Shown: piece by piece, positions 53,392 to 64,000 of the stretch
How positions within the stretch are numbered: the first letter of the stretch is position 1
How the letters are laid out: every line of letters starts with the position of its first letter
From: Eledone cirrhosa
Taxonomy: Eukaryota
DNA length: 64,000 nt
Reading direction: 5' to 3'
Assembly (NCBI GenBank): GCA_964016885.1
Contig: OZ024743.1
Span: 156,364,001 to 156,428,000, forward strand
Program-made: the position numbers and the translations under genes
The notes under the pieces: model-generated
The model's input: only the letters and a program-made list of their open reading frames with translations
Database searches by the model: none
What the model was told of the DNA's origin: nothing

Positions 53392-54399
53392 CTACTTTAT
53401 TTTGTCGCGTTTTATCCTTATTCGCCAAGCGACATGTCGGAGACAATGGGAGACTTTAACGTCTACGACGTCGGTCTGGTCCGAGAGTAGACCGGAGATG
53501 CGAAATGCTGTGAGATTGCGCTAACAGCAGCTGATAGGCAGTGTACTAAAGCGTATGACACAGGACGTCTTGTCTGGATAGTCTAGCATAAGAGTTTACG
53601 AGTATATGCCAGATTTATTCAGCAAGATCTTGGTGGACATATACTGCAATTGCCAGAAGAAAGGGAGTATCTCCAGATTTGTGAACTGAGGATCGGTAGT
53701 GCAGCTCATAGAAGTCGCGCAAACATCCACGATCCCGAACAGATCTACACTCCACACCCTCCAGCTCTTGCGATAAACCAAAGAGAGTGTAAAAGTAAAT
53801 TTCGTTTCAGTGTGGCTTTGATCAACATGAATAAAGTGAAAGCTTATGTTAGATTCGTTAGCCGGGACATATACATCTCTTTTTCTTCTTCTTTACAACT
53901 ACTATATCTGGCATTCTTTCATCAATGAATCTGTCACATTGCATGATAATGTCCCACAAAAGCTTAATTTCATCATTCTCTAACACCCCTTCTGGTTTCT
54001 GGCAATAACAATTAGTTGCTCTGACAAACCTACATTTCTCAGATATTATAAATGTATATATGTGCCAATATTGTCACGTCATCGTTTGTACGCTCGTTGT
54101 TCCAATTTATCATATTTGCTTACACTTTAGCTGATGGTTTCTCCTATTGGTTGAAACATCCTGCATGGTTGTCATTCTATCGTTTTGTCAACTGATGCAT
54201 ACATCCCAGGACTGGTTGCAAACCCATCGCCAGTTTTTGCGACATGAAATGACACGCAAACTGCAATATATTTTTGGAACAGGCCCCTCTTCCTAAGGAC
54301 TGGATGCGTCCCTTGTTAACCCACGCAAAGGTCAATGCGGTAAGGTTCGGTTTTGGTTTCCTCATCATATTGCAGTTTCAGTTTCGATAGTGATATTTA

Positions 54400-54665
54400 C
54401 ACCATCACCTATCTGGTAATTTGTCAAAACGCGAAAACTAGGCTGTTTTACAGGCGACCTTTACTCGCCTCATCCTATCTTCGCCACTAGGTTGTGAGAG
54501 ACTTCTTAGGAGTCACAGGTGATACCCATTGCTCAGTCTCCCCTAGTAGTTTACCGCTGTTGGTCCTGTGTTGCTTATTCGCCCGGTAGTTGCCAGTTTA
54601 TATCACAACTAGCCATTATATCTGGTGGCAGTATCGCTCTCCGCCACCTGCAGCCCGTCGTTCTC
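54400..54665 (-). mobile_element. Possible RTE-like 5' UTR fragment
   Basis: GC-richer block, gcaggtggcggagagcgatactgccaccagatat..., resembling RTE leader sequences. Resemblance only. Confidence 0.3.
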
Positions 54666-54689
54666 TAGCAGAATAGTTTAATGTGATCA

Positions 54690-55700
54690 CAACAGCATCT
54701 TCGTATGTACAGGAGTGCATCTGAGAGCGGTGACTAATCTTTCAGAGGTTGAGGTCTCAAGAGCAGATAAAGTGCTCAAATATGACAAAGCCGCTGGGGA
54801 ATATGAAATCCGGCGCGAGATATTAAACGTCTTAAATAGAGAAGGTATTCTCTTCCTGACTCGTGTGTGACTCTGGAAAGGCACGTAGGCAATGGCAATA
54901 GTGTGTACTAATCCTAATTTTTAAAAAGGGACAAGAGAGGCATTGTTCCAATTAGAGAGGGGTCCTCCTGTTAGCGTCTCCTAAAGTATATGCTAAGTGT
55001 CTGGCAAAGTGATGTACGGAGATTGTCGAGATCTAGCAAGCTGACGAAGAGTGCGGCGTTCGTCCGAGATGCAGCACAGCCGACCAAATATTGCCAAGCA
55101 GTATATTCTTGTTTTGTCGAAATTGAGAAGGCATATGACCGCGTTACACAGGACCAGCCGTTGAAGTCTTGGCAGGGGTATGGGATTGATGGTCAGCTTC
55201 TTGCTGGCTTGATGCCTCTATAAATCGAAGCCATTCAATGTGGGGTGTGGGACTCTGACAAGGGTGCGTACTCTCACCCCTCCTGTTCATTGTTTACATC
55301 AGCATTAATGACATGTGCAGCGAGGGTGGAAGTGGTGTGACAACTGGCGGGTGTAAAATCAGTCGGATGGAGTTTGCAGACGACATGGTGTTTCGTATCT
55401 CGACAGATGGCCTTCAACTTGCACATGGTAGGTTTGATGCAGTGTGCTTCACGGCATGAATGAAAATCAGTGCTGTGAAAACTGGGACACTCGTCCTATC
55501 AAGGAAGCCAGCGCAATGCACTCTACATGTGAATGGAGGCCCACTGAAGCAGGTAGAGAATATCAAGTCTCTCGGGGTGTTCATGGGTGATGGAAGCCAA
55601 GGGGCCGAATTACATGCTCGAATTGCAATAGCTGGTGCAGTAATGATTCTGCTTCAGCATTCAGTAGAAGAAGAAGAAGAAGAAGAAAAAGAAGAAGAAA
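54690..55700 (+). mobile_element. RTE-like LINE RT fragment, degenerate
   Basis: KAAGEYEI..EIL, KGD..HCSN*RG..LL, CFVEIEKAYDRV, GL*QGCVLSPLLF, FADD, MKISAVKT, KQVENIKSLG. Ends in (GAA)n. Confidence 0.8.
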
Positions 55701-57229
55701 TCACCGTTATCCCGCTTTACATTATTTAAAAGTTATGTATATTGTTTAGCTGAATTCAAGATTAGTTGCACTTAGAAACCTCTTCTATATTTTCTAAAAA
55801 AACTTCTAAAAGCATTTTTTAGTTAGCCATCCTTGTTTATATGAATTTATACTTGCAAAAATTTGCACTTGTAATCGTAGACTACCCACGTATGGATTCC
55901 CACCAGGCGTACATATCTTATGTACTGAACTATTACTGGAATCTTACACATTCTCCATTCATTTTACACTAAATAAAACGAATGTGCCCAGGAATATCCG
56001 GCAACATAGAAATGAATGCATTTATAGCGGTCATACACAGGTAGGGACAGACACACACCAACCTAAATCCACTGCATTCACTTATCTGTAATGATTCAAG
56101 GGACAGAATTCAGGTTAAAATTGAAAGTTATCAGGCAAACTGATAATATAATGTGCCTCAATTATCGGATCACATTTTTGAACGGAATACTGGGGATAGG
56201 GAGTCAGATATATAAGGTCAACTTGTGTTACAACGATAACAATTTTAGGGTGTATTGCTGCGCCCATTGAAAAATTAGCATTCAGATTTAGGAGAGCTAT
56301 AGATAAATTAAATCTTACTCCATAAAAATATCACAAACCGATAACAATTACACGAGTATGTTTTATATAGCTGATGAAGCAAAGGTGACATTGCTTGAAA
56401 TCGACCACGATGTTCCTAGAAATAAAGGGCACGAAAAATGTTGAAGGAGCAATGATGAGAATTCAAATAAAATAATAAAAGATCGGTATTACTGTACTAT
56501 GCCAACATGCTAAACTATCACATGGTGGCTCACTGGAAACAACCACGTTCAATTATTGTATCCACGAATATACACCATGTAGCAGAAACTAAAGACACGC
56601 TTAATAGAAAGAAGGAATAGAATAGCAACAAACCCATAACCTAGTGACTAATGACTCAATCATTATGACACAGAAATAGGAACATAGGAGTGTGCAAAAA
56701 TATATAACCCCCACCTCAATAGAAAAAAAAAGAATACATAATAAACCAAAGACCTTGTGACAATATATGACAACAGATAGAATTGGACACAAAAGATATA
56801 TCAGAAAGACATAGCGACAAGCGTAGAGATGAGAGCGAGTGTACACGTAAGCACAAAGAGAGACGGGTAAAGTCAAACAAAACATGTTGGCAAGTGACGA
56901 AGTAATATACAAATCCACAAGCACATGCATAACATACACACAATAGAATGACAAAATAGAGAACATAGAACACAATAAAAACGCTGAAGAAACACAGATT
57001 TAAATAATCATTAAAAAATCGCAGCATGTATGGGGAAAAGTATTTGAGAATTATATAAGAATCCGGTAACTAAACCAACAAATATATGGATTATTTACAT
57101 GTTTAATGTTAAAACAGAAGTGAAAAATCAACTTGTGTATGCGTGTGTTTTATTGGCAGACGAGTGCTACCAGTATAACACACACACACACATCTACACA
57201 GTCACTCACACACATACATATATATACAT

Positions 57230-57840
57230 ATGGTGGCTGCCAACTCGTTTTCGAGTACGGCCACTACTTTATATCCATGTAGGAGAACCCTACCGATACG
57301 CTGAACGAGTGTGACTTTTTAGTCCAGCCAGCGACTTGAAAACTCTGGTACAAACACTACACTTGTGACAATTATTCACACATAGTCCTGGGCCCATGGT
57401 ACCATGTGACGACAAGAGCAGAGAGATCTCCAGATATAAAGCTATGCCTGTGCCGTGAAGCTTTTATACTGAGCAAAGGCTCTGCACAAAGCCAGTCCCA
57501 CTCTCTTAACCAAGATGATATTTACCAAAAAGAAGAACAAGTCAACATCATTGGATACCCTCAGGGTTGCAGGTGTTATATCAGAGTTTTCCTTCTACTA
57601 GAATTCTGCCTTGATAAAGGCTAAGGGGTCATCTCTCCCAGCTATTTTGGATGGCCATTGACTCTTTAGAGCTCCTTTGCCCTTTGACAGGTTTTGTTTT
57701 TAGTCCTGCAGGATGTCCAAAGTCACCCTCCTCAGCAATAAACCTTGGTGGAGTTGCCAGTTGAGTCGCCAACGACCCGACCATGAGACAGGTTGTACTG
57801 GGATACATGTTACCAGTAGCACGAACTGGTGACCTGACAT
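57230..57840 (-). mobile_element. Probable RTE-like 5' region fragment
   Basis: cagagttttccttctactag..gcct..aaggctaag..ccagctattt resembles the reverse complement of a common RTE leader. No ORF. Confidence 0.4.
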
Positions 57841-57868
57841 AAGGAAATATATATATATATATATATAT

Positions 57869-60800
57869 TTCGTTTCTGAATTTGTTTAGCAAGAATCTTT
57901 ATCTAAAAACGTGTGTTGAAACCGATATTGTTATGCTTTGGGAGGGTCATGTTGCCAATAAGAAACACACGCACCATTGTTTTCACTCCAATTTATTATA
58001 AATTAAATTTATAAATTTAAGAATTTATAAATTTCCCGTTGGTTGGTTCCACAACCAGACGATTATGAAAGTTCTTTCGTCACACATTATGTGAGCTCTT
58101 CAGTAACTGGAGATTATTTTCGTTGTTTTTGTGCCTCTCCTTTGTTCTGTCCTACGCTATCTTGTTTTTGTGTGTGTTGTGTGCTTAGTTTGCGCATGTG
58201 TTACATCCGGGTGTTTGTGTGTCTTTATATTGGTTTATTTATTTTTTTATTTACATGTTACTGGTTGGTTGTTAGTTCTATGTGTGTGTGTGTTTTCATG
58301 TTGTCCTTAATTGTAAGTTGTCCTGTTGCTATTCCATTCATGTTTTCTATTTAATTTGGTTGCAGTTCATTTATGTTTATTGCCTCTGTGATTTGTCTAA
58401 ACATTGCGTCTTTTCTGTGTGTAGATTCTATTTTTATTTCTATGTTCTCTAATTTACCCTTATGTTCTATTTTAGCATGTTGGTGGCGTAAAGATGATTA
58501 TTTACTACCTTGAAGCTCTCGCCAGTGTTCATTTATCCGTTCTCATATACTACGAGCTGTCTCACTTATGTACACTATATTCTTATCTCTACATTATCCT
58601 TCAGTACATCTTATGCTATATACTACATTTCTAGTTTTACAGTTAATGTGAGGGTTTAGTTTACATATTATACATTTCTTGTCTATGCAGGAAGGTTTTT
58701 GAAAAGGGTATGTATTGCTAATAAGTGTTTTTTGTGGAGATACCTGGTCTTTCTACTATCTTAATATTGAGTTTATGTTTATCTAGGGCCCTTCTAACTT
58801 TGTAAGCTAATTCACCTCTAGCGGTTGTATTAATGAACATTACACTCTGGTATTTATTTCTATCATACTATGAGTTTATTCTATTAACCTTATTCCTAGT
58901 TCCTTCTATTCTATTCCAAAATGTGCTCCTATACAAGGGGCAGATCCCATTTCTATCATTATTTACCATTTCTTTTCCTATTTGGTTCTGGCTCCTCTAC
59001 ATACTCTGATTTGATCTCTCTGATCAGAGAACTGCATACGGTGGATGAAGTGTTGTATGTGTCTCTCTAGTTCTTTGGGGTTGCACATGGAGGACACGTT
59101 TATCATCACCCGTACCAAATCTGCAAACAATATGTTGATTTTGGTGTGGTCCGAAACAGCTGAGTTTCGGTGGATCAGATATTTGGAAGTCATGGGTTTG
59201 GCATAATGGGAATGGAAGGTTTGTTTTTTGTCATTAATGGTTTCTAACCAGAGCTCTGTGTCTAGTACAGGTAATCGATGGTTGGGGTGTTTGCTTGGGT
59301 AGGCTATAGTAACTCTAATACCCTGGTGGATGGAGTTAGCTATTTGCTGGATACTTTCCATGGTGTTTTTCTCTAATTCCTGACTGTTCTCTAGAGGGGG
59401 TGTTTTTACTACGATGTTTATAACATCAACGTAGCGGGAGTACATTATCAGGGTTATGAGGTTGCTATCTTCTAATTGTTCTTTAAGTTTAAGTTTAAGT
59501 CTATTGTTCCACCATACCATGAATAGGTTAGCTATGTCACCTGCAATGCTAACACCAATGGCTGCTCCCTCCTCTTGGGCATATGTTTTTCCATTAAATT
59601 TGAACATATGTTCCTTAGGTGTTAATTCTATGATGGCCCCCGCCGCATGTGCAAATGTGCAATCATTTTCTTTAGTACATCCTGGTTTTCGGGGGTCGCT
59701 ATGGCTCTGGTCCACCCGTTCCATCTATCTGTGTGTTTTTCTTGTCCATTGAGGTAATGGTAGATGATCTGCCTCTTGCTGGTCTTGTAGGGCACATATT
59801 GCTAAGGTCATATGTATCTAGATAATCATTACTGTAGGTAAGTTTAAGTAGGAGTCCCAACTCACCGGTATCAAACCCACGGATTTCAACATTGCTCTCA
59901 CTGATCATTTCTACGCATTTTTCCACAGCAAAATTCACGTCAATCGATAGATATAGCGACAGAACATCCATACTAACTATTATGCAGTTTGTTAGGTGCC
60001 TCGATCGGTTACTTTCGCTGATTCTGCTGAGGAGGTCCTCCGTGCTGTTACATATATATGGGGACATTTCAATGATGGGGCGTATGATCAGGGCGATGAA
60101 GTAGGAAAGTCTGTAGTTACTATCAATGTTATCTCCACAGACTGGCCGTGTTGGTGTTCCTGTGACACAGTCACTGCACGTTTCATGGTCTTTTCGAAGC
60201 CCATACAACGCTGGCACGTCATTGTTCCAAGCCTGGAAGTTGTTGGCAGTCCTTGTGTTGGGCTGAATTATGTTTGTCACATCATCATATTGGCATTGAG
60301 GGTTTTATCCCTACGCTCATGCTCTTGTGTTACTTCTCTTGTGTTAGTGATGTGGGGTTGCATTGCCTGGATGTAGTTTGACAGAGTGTCAACCGAGATT
60401 CTGCCAGATTGTCTGCTCGAAAGCATGCAAACTCTCCATTGCGCGAGTGCTGCATGAGCTTACGCAAGTCATTTGCAGACTTTTCTCCCAGTTGCTGGGC
60501 CTCCATTCTATTTTGCTTTTTGCTATACTGTTTTATAATATTTCTAAGTTTAGATCTAGCTATACTAAATTGTGCTTCTGTTTGTTCATCGACCTGCGAC
60601 GGCAATTGCGTGCGTTTGTTAAAAGCTAAAGTCGTGGTGTGGACTCGTCGTCGGTCGAATGACATATCGGAAAGATTATAAAAAGTAGAGTTCCAGGCTG
60701 CTGCTGTATGTGTACTATTGCTATTGTTATTGTTAGTTGTGTTGTTTCTATTTCTATTTCCAGCAACAACCTCATGGTTGTTTCTATATCTCTCATTTTT

Positions 60801-61856
60801 ACTCATGTCTCTTTCCTCTGGCTCATTGTTATTGTCTACTCTATTTTGTGTGTCTGTGAGTTCGTCCTGGTTATTTTCTCTGTCAGTATCGATAGTCTCC
60901 CTTCTCCTTTCAGTCCCATTACCTTCCCTTACTTCTGTATTATTGTCATTACCTGTTTTCGGTGACTGTGTGTTTGTTAAAATTGTGGTTGTGGTGAGAG
61001 GCATATAATGTGTGTGTGTTGTTGTTGTTGATGTGTGCTGTTGTTGATGTATTTTGTTGTTGTTGTCTCCGTGTATGTTATTATTGCTGTGTGTGTTGTT
61101 ATTGTTGTTTCTGTCTCTGTGTCTGATGTTGTTGTTTCTGAGTATGTTATTATTGTTGATGTGTGTGTCGTTGTTATCGTCGTTTGTGTCTGTGTGTCTG
61201 TTGTTGTTGGGATGTGTGTTGTATGTGTGTGTGGGCGTATTTTGTTACTTTTGATTTTGTTTTTGTTTTTGGTGCTCCAACGTAATTTTGTAAATGATTT
61301 TTCTATTTCTGACAAGCATTTTATCATATTTACCTTATTATATGTGGCATATTTAGGTGGTAGCTGTAATATCAATAATTCATCAGAGTCGACTGCAGTG
61401 TTGCCGTATATATTTGTGTTGTTGTTGTTGAATTCATCTGTTAATGAGATGTCGACCATGTTTATATCCTCAATCTTGTCAGGATATCTATTGATATTCT
61501 CTAAAGTGTCTTGGTCTAGTTTCATCTGTTTGAGTCACCTTAGTTTCTTTTTAAAGTGCTTGTCACATTCTTGAAAAATGTACTTTTCTTCAAGACATAT
61601 AAGATTTATAAATATTATTTTTTCTCTTGGTGTGGTGATCTTAGTTAATTCTTGTATTAGGTTACGCTTATGTTTTTCTTGGTGACTTAATTCTCTGTAA
61701 ATCTTCTTTTTTATGTTTAGAATTAGTGTTCGTTTTAGCCTATCTGCTTGCTTTTTGGTAAGTTGTAATCTTCTTACATCGGTTTTGATGGTATTGGTGT
61801 AAGCTCGGGACGAGGCACATTCTTTTATGAAGTGTAGTTGTCGATATGTTATTGTT
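57869..61856 (-). mobile_element. Penelope-like element (RT + C-terminal GIY-YIG + HHR-bearing 3' region), degenerate, TA-flanked
   Basis: LPPKY..IEK..KLRW; PALYGLRKDH..RPVC; SMDVLSLY; FKFNGKTYAQEEGAAIG..ANLFM; RYVDV; LPVLD; CIIC..NCKTRNVVYSIRC..VYISETAR..ERINEH; RQITEA..LNRKHEW (about 58335). Confidence 0.9.
58062..58108 (-). ncRNA. Minimal hammerhead motif in the PLE 3' pseudo-LTR
   Basis: UUA-CUGAAGA-gc-UCACA..UGUGA-c-GAA-AG(aa)CU-U. Core intact, stem I weak. Same strand as, and about 230 bp downstream of, the GIY-YIG end. Confidence 0.62.
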
Positions 61857-63377
61857 TATATATATATGTGTGTATCAAATAATGGTAGTTAAGATCGGGT
61901 ATACATATGTATAATGTTCATATCCAGTTAGAAGCATTGTAACTCAATATTTGACTTTGATAATTACATAAAAATGACACCGACATGTTAATTTTCGAAA
62001 CAAATATTCCTTAAAAGAACGGAAATCATACTTATCAATTTCAAACAATGCAGATAATTACAACCATATTCTTTATGCTAAACATCAATCTGATGTTATA
62101 TCCTTTATATACGATGTTCCTGACTCTTTGGAGATTTAAACATAATTTTCACGAGTAAGCAGTTTCCTTAACATTTCTGCTATCGCGTGCTAGATTAAAA
62201 TTAGGATGCGCTAAAATGTATTTACCCAGTCACATTAGGTAAGTCAAAACAAACATATGTCTAGGCAGTATAATATATGATTACGATAGTCAGTATGCAC
62301 ATAGTGGTTATGTATTTTCAAATTCTAGCAAATCATGTTTAAACCAAGTTTCGGAGAAAAGCAATTTTTCTCTAATATAATTCAACAACATTTGAAAACA
62401 AATGACGTAAAAACAAAAGAATAATAATATTTTCAATGGGAGATGAAATATAAATTACAGTCAATACTACATTTTTCATTGTGGTTAATTCAATCTGAAT
62501 TTTGAAGCAAACTTTAAAAGTGTTCCAAAAGCTCTGAACTAGAAAATATTTCTAATATAGAATTTAATTTTAAAGAAAATCTCATAAAGTAATTAATAGG
62601 AAAACACTTTATTTTCTTTATATTTCATATGGTGATATTAAAATTAAAACCAATCTTTAAAATGCATTAGATCTCCAGAATAGAGAGAAAAATTCAATTA
62701 GCTATTTACTTTTTTGCAACGGTAATGTAATGGACGAAACAAACAAGCGATCATTTTCTAAAACAATATATACCAGCAAAATACTGGTTTGCACCAGAAG
62801 TGTAATACGAATATGTATTACACTTTTTAGGAAATGTCTGAATTTGCATAAAATGTTCTACTGCCAAAACCATGATAAATGACTCAACATTTAAGTATAT
62901 TTGCACATAGACAAACATAAATAGGCACACAGACAATCATTTTGATAGACATTTAATACCTGCTTGGTCTATAAGAAATGGCAGGATTTTCGTTATTCAA
63001 ACTGGACCTACAAGATGGCAAATCTTACTTATATTTGTTCATTTGCTTGTTTTATCGGTCCGATATACTGGTAGCTCAAGGTGTCTGAAAATATAACTAT
63101 ATATGATCTGAATGTGAAGAATCAGAATCTTAGTCTCAGGGTATAAAGAACTACTTTTTGAAATATCTCCCAAACGCATTCAATATAAATTGTTGCCACA
63201 CATATTACATGAATTTATTTAGTAAATCTCAGATTGATATGTAGACGCATTCCGAAAATCGACTTCACACACAGACAGATGCATACAAACACAGGCAAGG
63301 ACAAACGCACAAACATATATATTTAGTTGCATAATGTGTGACTGTTATCACTAGAGAAAGAGTACTCAGTATATAAT

Positions 63378-63735
63378 CATCTTATTCTTCTTCACCCACT
63401 TTTTCCTGGGAGGACCGTAGGGGCAACGTACTGAAACACTCCTTCCAGTGGGTGCTGTCGAAAACAAACTGATACGGCTGGATCCCCAAGCGAGACCAAC
63501 CAGACACCTGGATGGTATCCAACCACATTGCTTGAGGTCTACATCTGGGTTTCCATCAGTTGGTTTTGGCACGTAAAATCTGTCTAGTCATTCTTTCTTG
63601 AGATATTGTAGGCACATCCCCATAATATCGGAGCTGTGGTCTTTCAATTCGGAGAAGTAGAATCTCTACTTGGAGTGACACAAATCTCCGATCTATGCAC
63701 TCTATCGAGTAACGTTATTCCAGATACCCGTTGGA
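63378..63735 (-). mobile_element. RTE-like LINE 3' fragment with (GAA)n-like tail
   Basis: RVSGITLLDRV..LLRIERPQLRYYGDV..QERMTRQIL..PRCRP..WLDTI..WSRLGI. Confidence 0.8.
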
Positions 63736-64000
63736 CTAATACAATGTCGGCCAAATGTAATAGACAGTTCAGCTTTTACACCTACCAACCTCTTAGAGGT
63801 ATATATTTTCTATTGTATAACTTAGATGGCAAGCTCTCGTAGAGCTTCCCGGGTACTCGGAATTTTCCCCCTGAAATTGATCTGTATTTGCTCGTCAAGG
63901 ATCACTGCCGGTGATATTTCCGTAAAGGACATCCCTCAGGATACGTGTAATAAATTCGTACAAACACTCAGAAATACACGCGACATTGGTGCAGTTGAGG

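Larger units (their letters stand above)
49566..53600 (-). mobile_element. R4/Dong-like RLE non-LTR retrotransposon, apparently full length
   Basis: Single ORF 53391-49740 with two lesions, a short 3' UTR and a (TAA)-rich tail at 49566-49596. The 5' boundary is approximate. Confidence 0.9.

Noticed and set aside
53392-53600. HDV-like ribozyme in the R4/Dong 5' UTR (ggcgaataagga resembles the HDV 3' end)
   Set aside because: P1-P4 could not be assembled consistently by hand. A descriptor search is needed.
57690-57840. HDV-like ribozyme in the RTE-like leader
   Set aside because: P3-like pairs exist but no P1 partner was found.

Overview
Repeat-saturated, AT-rich animal DNA with no recognisable host protein-coding gene. 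tRNA-derived SINEs resembling octopus SINEs and dense (TA)n/(CA)n tracts suggest a cephalopod (inference). Coding remnants are all transposons: a Helitron Rep fragment, a CRE-like RLE retroelement, three Tx1/L1-like LINEs, a CR1 3' end, RTE fragments, two tandem R4/Dong-like RLE elements (one nearly intact) and two or three Penelope-like elements (PLEs; RT + GIY-YIG). The main finding is non-coding. Many short blocks wedged between (TA)n tracts carry a type I hammerhead ribozyme (HHR) motif: 13 good and about 5 decayed copies, read by eye, from about 13 dissimilar sequence contexts. Most have a self-complementary stem III. Three blocks are tandem units of about 467, 538 and 1292 bp with an inverted copy on the 5' side of the ribozyme strand. 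This fits retrozyme-like or solo PLE pseudo-LTR RNAs copied from multimeric or circular templates into TA microsatellites. All RNA folds were deduced by hand and are untested.
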